Source of the DNA: Balanoglossus misakiensis
Taxonomy: Eukaryota > Animalia > Hemichordata
Assembly (NCBI GenBank): GCA_040954595.2
Contig: CM082580.2
Location: 7,013,519 to 7,077,518 of the forward strand
Direction: 5' to 3'
DNA: 64,000 nucleotides
Positions 54,776 to 64,000 of the stretch are shown here, one piece after another (the stretch's first letter is position 1; each line of letters begins with the position of its first letter). A program made the translations under genes and the position numbers. The notes beneath the pieces were generated by a model. It saw only the letters and a program-made list of their open reading frames with translations. It searched no databases and was not told where the DNA came from.

Positions 54776-54807
54776 AAGTTAGTTGTTGGAACGCAAAGTC
54801 AGTTCAG
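54776..54807 (+). other. Possible non-coding first exon of the SLC23 gene
   Basis: Strong donor CAG|GTGAGT at 54808, preceded by palindrome TACGCATGCGTA, a TATA-like TATATTA (~54745) and an Inr-like TTAGTT. The start is approximate. Confidence 0.35.
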
Positions 54808-56684
54808 GTGAGTGTTTATTGAGACTGGTCTTGTTCGTTCAGTGAGTTGACTGTGTGCAACATGGTCAAGTTGTGATAGTACATGTATAACAGAAAATCT
54901 TCTAAGGGTGCCGTTCAAGACAATTTGCGAATATTGCTGGCAACGGGTAGCGGGCCAGTCCCATGGGCTTGTTTATAATTACGCTCGGTTGCTTTCTCGA
55001 TCTTGAGGTCATTCCCTCCACAGGTGCTTTGCCGCCAAAATAAACAGGTCACGAACGTCTGACTTGTCGGTCGCGAGAGCGCTGTTGCGATAGCGATGTT
55101 TTTCTAGCTTTCTGTGACAAGGCGAACGTATTTTTGGCTGTTTGTTTCCTTGAGCGACTTTGCGTGACCAGGTGTTCATGTTGGACGTGTAAAAACTCGG
55201 GCCATGCATTTTACCTTTCACTTGTTTAGTACTGGGTTGTCGCGCCGTGTATACAGCTGCCACCTACCCATTGAGCAGTTTGGATCCTAGTGTTATGTTA
55301 ATTTATCTGTGCACCGTTATTGATCGGCTGGATCAATGGTGTTCCGATAGACTTTCAAGGAAGTGCTGTCAGCTTTAGTTGGAGGTCCTGTGATAGATAG
55401 TACGTCCCGTCACCATGAATCCGAAACATCCCATTGAAAAATTAATGGGCAATGTTCGTTTGGGAATAGCACTAGATTTTGCAAATCATATTTTTATTGA
55501 CCATTCTTTATTGCGACATACGACCAGGCACCAGTCATTTCACAGAGAAGTGAGAAATCTGGCTCAGTTATCTTGCAAATTGGTGTAGGTTGTTGTCTTA
55601 TTGTTGACGTTGGCGTAATACGGAAGTCTAGTATGTAAATTTACCGTTATACAGTGCTTTATTGTGTAAACGGCCTTCAGTCCATCACAGTTTTAAACTT
55701 TACAAATAACTAATACATAGTTTACATCACACCAATAACGAGAAGATGAAAATGGACCCATAAATACTTTTTTAATGTACACGTGAGAATGAGGCTTCTT
55801 TCCATGATAGGCTTATATTATTGAAACGTGCTGTTTTCCGGGTATTTTTGTTTCCCGTTGTAAATATAACGGTAGCTTATTCAACCACGGTTTCAACTCG
55901 TAGTCCCACTCGGCCTTTTTTCGCGCGGGTCCAGTTGCTGTCGCACGCAGTCGGCGAATGGTCTTGAAGGAGAGAAGTCACTGTTCATACTTTGCTGTTC
56001 GAGCGAACATCTCTTGGCATGCAAGAGGAGGTGGCGCGGTATTGTACGCGACGGAGCGTCGATAAAACATTTGGTATGTAGAGACTGATTCGTCGCGCAG
56101 GCAACGTGGTTTCTTTTAGCTCTATTATTTATGGTCAATTTACGAACTGGGTTCTATAATATTGAGCGAATTTCATAATTAGCCTTAAAACAATATATTT
56201 TGTTGTCGAAAAACGTGTGAAGCGGATTGAAACTGCGTGAACGTTTTTGAGGGACGTGAAGTTTTGCGCATGTTTTCGGGAGGAGAGTTGCTTTAACGGA
56301 TTTTGTGCCCCGCGATTGACATCTGCTGCTTTTGTGTGACATAAGTAGTATGTAGTCAAGTACCTAGAGACGCACGTTTCACCCCGAAACGTCACTGATT
56401 GGCTTTAAAGTATGTTTTCTGTGTAGCTTCGTCCCCAATATCATAGTGACGATCACGTGACGCAGTTTCAAGCACATTTCTCGACACGAGCCTTTTACAT
56501 TTCAAATGACTAGTTTTATGACGTTGGTTTTGGAGCGAACCCTACGCCTAGGTGATAGGATACAGCTTTAATAGTTGGTGTGTACCACGTTGTTATGAAA
56601 ACATCCGAATGAAGTGTATACATGGTCCGTTCATTCTTACAGCATACATCGTTGGGGAACAGATACAGGGTACAGCTGGTAACA

Positions 56685-56759
56685 ATGCTGAAGTCGGTCC
56701 GCAAATTCCCCTCCAAAGTCCACAAAAGGAAGACAAAAGTCGGAAAACGAAATCGTACG
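56685..56759 (+). CDS. SLC23A: Tentative first coding exon of SLC23
   Basis: Acceptor tcattcttacAG (56641-56642), acaATG at 56685 and phase-0 donor ACG|GTAAGA matching the next exon. An alternative ATG near 57820 cannot be excluded. Confidence 0.45.
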
Positions 56760-59700
56760 GTAAGATTAAACTATCAGTTATCAGTTTCTTGTCGAACCTT
56801 CACAGCTCGTAATTGGCCTTTTTAACATTTGTATGGAATAAGGTCCCGCATTTAATTCAAATAGTGGACTGCCTTCGCTTCCTTCGTTTGGCACATGCGC
56901 ATAAGTCGATCGTCGCCCTTTAAAATACTTAGATTATGTTTTTTTGTTATTTACAAACAAAAAAACACACACCAAAATATGACTTTTGTTCGCAAAAAGA
57001 TTTTTTCAACAAGATGTTGCCCTGGCAACGACTCTGGACAGGATCAGCTTAGCCGACACTTTTTGAGTTTTTATATTGAACACGATTGGAACTTGAGAAC
57101 TATTTTGGGATAATTGCATACCGGCATAAAATGAGTGTGTAGGCTTCATGTACTCTGCTGAGAGTTTTACAGAGTTTATTACCATGGCAATTATCCCAAA
57201 ATAGTTCCAATCGTGTTGTTGTTGTTGTTGTTGTTGTTGTTACAACCCGGGTTCACGACCCCCTGTGACCCCCACCCCCCAGAAGACCCCCTAGTCAAAA
57301 TTTCCAAAGCAGGATATGTGGGTTGTTTGCTGTAGGCCGCGACCGGTAAGTGTATAGCGGGATTTCTAACATTTCTGTTACAATACTCTGCAGGGGTGCA
57401 CATCGTCATCGGTATATATGTACCCTATGAGCAGAATAAAGAACTCCCCTAATTTGTCACGTATCCACCATCAAGTAAACGTTGTGTACTTTTCTATTTG
57501 GCGAACCTTGGATCCCATATGTTTGGACAGACGGAGCCTAAGCTATAAGCCCCACCATCGGACTTTATGCAGAGGGACTAATAAAAGTATTATAAAAATT
57601 CTTGACAATTACGTAAATACCCAAATTAACCGCAATACGAAATTGTGTTCATAATTCATTTCGATTTCACACAGCCTCGCAGTGTTGTACAGAATGCGAA
57701 CGCTGGTTCGGTATCTGCAAAGTATTATAAATAGACCGAGTACAAAAACTATAAATTTAATTGCATCTATTCTAAATATACACTGAATGCAGCTAAAAAC
57801 TACACCTAGCATCGCCAGGATGACGCCGAACGCGGAACCAAAAACAGTACCAACCGTGGTTTATACTTTTTGGAGCAAACAGGGGAACTAAAACGAAGTC
57901 TTTTATTTGACCTACCCGTACATGTGGTAGACTTTAGCAAACAATCAACAGTTTAGGATATATTTTTGCCAAAACTAATGCGTAATTTTGGGTGTCTGAA
58001 TACAAAATGTCTGTTATTGTACAGCCTCAGAAAATACGTGATAATGTTGTTATTCAACAATTTTGGCAGAACGGAACACCCACTGCCAGTCAGTGCGCTC
58101 CATGCACATGTATAGAGACCGAATATGCTTGAGCGAAACAAGATAACAAGTTTTAAATAAGACTTTGATTTTTAAGCGGATACTTCTATACTTTGCAGAA
58201 AGGGACAACGGTCGTTGACGAGGAATCGGCATTGAGAGGCAAGAGAGACGGACTGGATCTGCTCTATACCATACACGAAGACCCGCCATGGTACACGTGT
58301 ATAATCCTAGGATTCCAGGTGAATGACTAGTGAGCGTAACCATTAAAGGCTCCCGTGTTCACACACACGGGAATAGTGTTGTACATGCACCTGAGTGGGT
58401 GTTTGCACACGGGAGCACCGGCGACGCGTGTGTTTGCTTTAAAATGCAGTCGGCGCGATATCTCAAGAACAGTTGATCGGGTTTAAATCAACGTTCGCAC
58501 ATAGATTGTCTTTGAGACTTTGTTTGTATGATTCAAGACTCATGTTCTATTTTCATGGCTGGATCAGTTTTTGACATCTTGCTACATGAGATATTTAGAG
58601 CATGAAGCAGTTTCATGTCAATTAACTTCTCATTTGCATATTTAATGACACTTTGAAATTGTTCAGATCTACTACACAAATTGACGCAATTTGTGGTGGA
58701 TATGGAGCCTGAATTTACGAAGAATAATGTTCAGGGGTTCCGTTCCCTGTTAACGTTCACCCCAGCAACATTTGACGCAGTGATAGAGTCTAGTAGGCAG
58801 ATAACAGCTTCTAGCCCATCGACGAATATTCACCACCAGTCCTTTAAACTACTCCCATATCTCCCCCTCCCCCCTTCTTTCCCGCCAAAAGCATTACTTG
58901 ACGATGTTTGGTGCCACGATGGCCTATCCCCTCCTCTTGGCAATACCGTTCTGCATCGAAGACAACGCACTCGCCAAGGGTGATCTGATGTCAACGATCT
59001 TCTTCATGTCGGGGATTTCCACACTGCTTCAAACCACCTTTGGGTGCAGGTACGTATACAGGAGCAGAGTGACCTTGCTACGAACGACAACCGTCCCTGA
59101 ACTTGTACTTTTACTCCACAATTAGCACAACAAAGCAAAACGCCCACACCGGGCTTTATTTATGGAACTAAATTAAAATTTTGCTACGTCAATTTTTTTG
59201 CGCACCGATCGATCAGTCAACGATACTATATATAGCCATGGGGTACCTCCATAATATAGCAAAGAGTTAATTTATTTATGACAAGTCAACTCTCCATACG
59301 GCAAGGGAAAAATGTTTAGTTCTGATAACATTCTTTTCATAAACAGCGTAGGCCCGGATTTTTAAATTGTTTTTTTTTTTTGCCTGTTGGATATTTTGAT
59401 CACATCTGATCTTTCAAATCAACATTTTTTGTCTCTAAAAGGTACGGCAATGGGTGTGTAATTTTTATGAGTACATTCTGTGTGATAGGTAGGAAAGTCA
59501 GTCCAACTACAACTATCGAAGTTTTCAGCGGAAGGTGGGAGCACATCGGACGTAGAACAGAGTGTAAAATGTAAAATATGCTCGACCGCAGTTCCTGTCT
59601 TCTGAATGATCTTTATTAAAAACCAACGTTTCGGCAGTACACATATTCACAATTGATAGAGCTGAAATGTCCGGTGTTGCTAAAACCGTACGCGTCTGTC

Positions 59701-62700
59701 TACAAAGTCGCGTTTAGTTTAGTTTAGTGCCTATCCGAACGTTCCTTCATGTTCGCTCTAAACTTTTGTCCGCCTGGGCAAAGAACTCTTCGTCTACACT
59801 ATAGACACTTCCCTTTTGTATCTTATCTATGAAGGCTGCCAATAGTGCAAGGCGGAACGTTCACCTTTCTGGTGCCGACCATAGCCATTCTGAGCCTCGA
59901 CAAGTACAAGTGCCCGGCCAAGGTTTCCACAGACGAGGACTTGCTGTCGTCAACAGTGGGGTCAGACATGGCAAACGCTACCACTGTGGCATCCGCGACC
60001 ACTCCAGCGCCGTACCTCGCCGGCGTGTCCGATGACATCTCGCAATTCATGGTATCCATAGCAATGAATGCCACTACGCTTGCGCCGACTGAAGAGGAGT
60101 TGCATTGGACGGTCCGTATGAGAGAGGTTGGTGCAAAGTCAGTCCACGTGACAATTTTCTTTCTTTCTTTCAGTTTACGCAGAGCATGGCATTTGCTTCC
60201 CATCTTTACCAAGTTAACCCGTTTAGTTTTAGATAAATCTCGTAACAAAATACTCGCTAAATGCCCCCTTTTAATTTCCCTGCTTTTCAGATTCAAGGCG
60301 CCATCATCGTATCATCACTCTTCCAGATAGTGATTGGCTTCACTGGCATCATCGGCTTCATGTTGCGCTACATAGGACCTCTGGCCATCGCTCCAACAAT
60401 CGCCCTGATCGGTTTCTCGCTCTTCGGTGCCGCCGGCAGGTTCGCCGGAGCGCACTGGTGGATCACATCCGTGTAAGAGCATGTTCCTCAACATAATTAT
60501 AGTTCGTTATGCCACCTGATAACAATTTAAAGGGTGGGTCGTCCCGCTCGCGGCTGCGGGTATGGGTCCCATAGGACACACTTGCTACCAAGTCAAACTA
60601 CTCATTTTAAAAATCTTACGTCGATCTTTTTTCGCTGCAGGACATTTGTGCTGCTTATTGTGTTCTCGCAGTTTCTGAAAGATGTCGAGACGCCGGTACC
60701 GGCTTTCACCCGAAAGAAGGGATGTTACATCACCTGGTGGCCTGCTTTCAAACTTTTCCCGGTAATCATAAACGGTCTCACTTTTAGTATTTGCGTAGAT
60801 GAGCGAAAGATCTCACTTTGACGCCATGATGGAACTTTAAAAATCTACTGCTTTACGATTATTTATTCGAAGTAGATATCGGGACAAGACGGCCGATAAT
60901 AGTTATTTTGCAAACAGTTTCTACAACTTACGATGAAAATTTTACCGTTTTTTTAAAGCAAGGTAAAATACTGTTCTTTAAAGCAAGCGGTGCACCCATT
61001 GAAGATTGTGCGACGTTTTACTACAAGGCTAGAATCTTGAGTTCCGACGACCCGATTTTCACTCGAGTTGTCTGTTTAATTGGCGACTTTTTCGCGATGT
61101 TTATAGGTGATACTGACTGTGCTCGTAGCGTGGATACTCTGCGCTGTTTTCACAGCAACTGATGTGTTCCCTAACGATCCAAACAACTGGCAGTACGGGG
61201 CGCGGACTGATCGTTACAGTGACGTGGTTGCTAAAGCGGATTGGTTTACAATCCCGTACCCAGGTCAGTAGTCAAGTGATACCCTATAGTTCCATAAATT
61301 CACCAACTGCAATGATATTCTCGTCTATATGTAAATATTCAAACAATTGCTAGTATTTTTAGATGATAAAGTTACCTGGGTCCTATAATAACACTTCTTC
61401 AACAAAATAACCAGACAGCAAAACGGCAGGCACTGCCCATCAACCAATTTGATGGCCATGTTCACACACAGACTCAGCTGTAAATTACTAAAAGTATATT
61501 TTGACGGAAAATTCGGTAATTAGAAATGCTGCCTTATATGAGCGACTCTCTTTTCATACATTGCAGAAAATCATACAAGTGCCAATTCATACAAGTGCCA
61601 TCAGATTCATAGCGCCAAGATTGGATATGAAACGTGATGCTGTTTTAGATGTGTGCGCATATAGCTCTATAACTTATCAATGCAAGTCAGTTTGTTTTGC
61701 GTTACAATCCACTATGGGCACCAGTTTGCCATACCTATCTATCACTCGTGTCCAGGCGTGCGCAAACCAATTTATGAGATTCACAACATCTTTTTCCAGG
61801 TCAGTGGGGAGTCCCGATTGTCAGTGCAGCTGGTGTCTTCGGAATGTTGGCAGGTGTGATTGCGTCCATGATAGAGTCAATTGGCGACTACTACGCATGT
61901 GCCAGAATGTCCGGAGCCCCGCCACCTCCAAGCCATGCGGTCAATCGGGGCATTGGCGTCGAGGGTTTCTGTTGCCTTTTAGCTGGGGCTTGGGGCTCTG
62001 GTACTGGGACAACATCGTACAGTGAGAACGTGGGAGCCATTGGAATAACTAAGGTATTCGTCAAACACACATGCACAGATAAAAGATACACTGGGAATAT
62101 GCAAAGCATTTCGCAGTTCACCCACAAAGTCGTTTTAAATACTGCCACCGCTGCAATTGTCCACTTCTTGATAACAGTATTTCACCCTCACCAGCCTGTA
62201 TTGCTCTCATACCAAAGTTTGTTGATCAGTGACACTTTTTGTCGGTGCATGGCAATCTAAAACCACCCTCCTGTTCATATTCCAGGTTGGCAGTCGCCGG
62301 GTGATACAATGGGGAGCTGTGATGATGTTGTTTTTCAGTATCTTCGGTAAATTTGGGGCCTTCTTTTCAACCATTCCAGATCCTATTATCGGTGGCGTCC
62401 TAGCTGTGACATTCGGTGGGTTATAGAATTGTAATTTTTATGATGTTTAAAGACATATTGACACAACGAAAAGGGTGAGCAAGCCCTGCTCCACATGTTA
62501 CACCTACCACCCGACAATATGCAAATCATAGTGAGAGGAGAGAACACAGAGAAATGCAAAACTATAACAAAAGGCATATCTTGTTGACTTCTCATTCAGC
62601 CATGGTGACAGCTGTAGGTCTGTCCAACTTGCAGTTTGTGGATCTCAATTCAAGCCGCAATTTGTTCATCATTGGGTTTTCCTTCTTCCTCGGTACGGCT

Positions 62701-63760
62701 TTGCCAAGTTGGGCGAGTTCTCATCCGGACGGGATCAACACCGGTAAGACCCCTAGTCTTTGGCATCTTCATATCGACGTACCCTGCACCCCCACCCCCC
62801 TGTCTGGACAGACAGACAGACAGACATACAATGGACACCAAGTGCTATGAGCTCCCACTGTCATATTACATATACCAACAGGGAGCTAAAAACACATTCT
62901 TTTTTTCTTTCATACACACAACAGGTAGTGTAGCGTTGGACAACATTTTTACTGTGTTGCTAAGCACCAGTATGTTTGTTGGTGGTTTCACTGGATTTAT
63001 TCTGGACAATACAATCCCCGGCACTCCGAAAGAGAGAGGATTATTGATATGGAAAGAAATGACTGGAGGCAAGTACTGGGCAAACATTTGTTTTGCTCCT
63101 CATTCTGTACAGGGACTATTTTTAAATCTTAACGATTATTGAATTTATTTATATCTTTGTGAAATATAAGTTGATAACACACAAAGTGTTACTGGTACTG
63201 TACATCATTACAAACCATGTGGTTGTTACTTTTTATATACAATGCATTGTTATGCATTGTTACTTTTTATTTTGTCATAGTTCAAATTACTTTTGATATA
63301 ACTTGTATCGGTTAGCAGGGTCTTCCTGATCAGTTGGATTACCGTAATACGTACATAATTACATACACAGTACATTAGCATCTGCATCTCAAGGTAATAC
63401 TCTAAAATTCACCTCTTCTTGTCTATTGCATCATCAGAGCATTATCGTGACACTGAAGACGACAGGTTGAGGTGTTACGATCTGCCCTTTGGAATGGACG
63501 CCATCCGCAAAGCGCACTGGACCAGGTATATTCCGTTCTGCCCGACATTCCAGGAGTGCTTCCGGCCCAAGGAGATACCGGAGCCACAGTCAGAGGAAAT
63601 GGTGACTGTCACCATAGAGGCAGATGAGGAAAAAGACGAGTTGCGCGCAGATGGTGGCATAACTGACAAGGAGACAGTTGTGGCTGAGAAGAACCACTTA
63701 TCAGATAAGGTGTCCTCGTCATCTTCATCATCAGATGAAGACGATGATGATAAAGAATAG
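56685..63760 (+). CDS. SLC23A: SLC23/NAT (nucleobase-ascorbate transporter) family member, ~699 aa; join(56685..56759?,58199..58318,58892..59049,59835..60126,60291..60472,60641..60761,61107..61263,61800..62053,62286..62415,62600..62743,62925..63068,63438..63760)
   Basis: [96 protein letters not shown] and YDLPFG. All phases match; the first coding exon is tentative. Confidence 0.92.
57079..57217. mobile_element. Small foldback/MITE-like inverted repeat
   Basis: 21-bp perfect IR gaactattttgggataattgc (57097-57117) / 57187-57207, extending to 31 bp with an 8-bp insertion in the left arm. Confidence 0.65.
57215..57241. repeat. (GTT)9 microsatellite
   Basis: Directly visible. Confidence 0.9.
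58199..58318 (+). CDS. SLC23A: SLC23 exon
   Basis: [40 protein letters not shown]; not in the ORF track. Confidence 0.9.
58349..58650. mobile_element. Decayed non-autonomous Helentron/HINE (DINE-1-like) element, tentative
   Basis: gctcccgtgt (58349-58358) pairs with both acacggga (58365-58372) and acacgggagc (58407-58416), followed by a gatatctcaagaac...gatcgg core and ctcatttgcata. The family assignment is inference from architecture. Confidence 0.4.
58892..59049 (+). CDS. SLC23A: SLC23 exon
   Basis: [17 protein letters not shown]...TLLQTTFGC(R); AAG acceptor after a pyrimidine tract. Confidence 0.9.
59835..60126 (+). CDS. SLC23A: SLC23 exon with expanded loop
   Basis: [19 protein letters not shown]...KCP...HWTVRMRE. 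Confidence 0.9.
60291..60472 (+). CDS. SLC23A: SLC23 exon
   Basis: [12 protein letters not shown]...[19 protein letters not shown]...HWWITS. Confidence 0.93.
60641..60761 (+). CDS. SLC23A: SLC23 exon
   Basis: [12 protein letters not shown]...FKLFP. Confidence 0.92.
61107..61263 (+). CDS. SLC23A: SLC23 exon
   Basis: [22 protein letters not shown]...YGARTD...WFTIPYP; this frame is not given in the ORF track. Confidence 0.92.
61800..62053 (+). CDS. SLC23A: SLC23 exon with NAT signature
   Basis: GQWGVP...[12 protein letters not shown]...[15 protein letters not shown]. Confidence 0.95.
62286..62415 (+). CDS. SLC23A: SLC23 exon
   Basis: [11 protein letters not shown]...[17 protein letters not shown]. 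Confidence 0.94.
62600..62743 (+). CDS. SLC23A: SLC23 exon
   Basis: [27 protein letters not shown]...INT. Confidence 0.94.
62925..63068 (+). CDS. SLC23A: SLC23 exon ending in a GC donor
   Basis: [17 protein letters not shown]...[14 protein letters not shown]...; donor GAG|GCAAGT. Confidence 0.88.
63438..63760 (+). CDS. SLC23A: SLC23 terminal exon
   Basis: [20 protein letters not shown]...YIPFCPTF...acidic/Ser tail, TAG. Confidence 0.9.
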
Positions 63761-64000
63761 CATCATGGACACTGTGCTCCCATTTAATCAGAATTGAAAC
63801 ATTCAAGTTTGACTTGTATCAGTTGTATTTGGACACATACTGATTGATTTCTAACACAAACCAACACGGGCATTTTTTTTAGCATTAGAGAAGCACACAA
63901 TTTATAACACAATTTGTTACATATCCCAAGCAGACCCTGGGAAGTTGTTTTAATGTGCCAACCAGACAGCCACAATTCCATGATTTTGTCTGTGTGTGCA

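Overview
This is eukaryotic (metazoan, probably marine invertebrate deuterostome-like; species not determinable) genomic DNA with spliceosomal introns, so most ORF-track entries are noise. I reconstructed five protein-coding genes by hand from splice sites and reading-frame phase. (1) The last three coding exons and a probable ~5 kb 3'UTR of a HECW-type HECT E3 ligase (+). (2) A complete 6-exon STK17/DRAK kinase (+, ~355 aa) with an 18.7-kb third intron. (3) A compact 2-exon gene on the minus strand (~192-194 aa) that the ORF track splits into fragments; it has a TATA box, a beta-rich N-terminal domain and two diverged RCQC+coiled-coil repeats. (4) A 4-exon RDH/HSD17B6-like short-chain dehydrogenase (+, ~329 aa). 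(5) An SLC23/NAT-family transporter (+, ~700 aa) with a GC-AG last intron and a nucleobase-type signature motif. Non-coding sequence contains MITE-like inverted repeats, a probable HINE-like relic, microsatellites, many poly-G/C tracts and recurrent GATTGG...CCAAT inverted repeats. The strongest leads are the hidden minus-strand gene, the HECW-STK17 linkage shared with both human paralog pairs, and repeated 3'UTR stem-loops. I saw no prokaryote-type system (CRISPR, operon, IS), rRNA or convincing tRNA.
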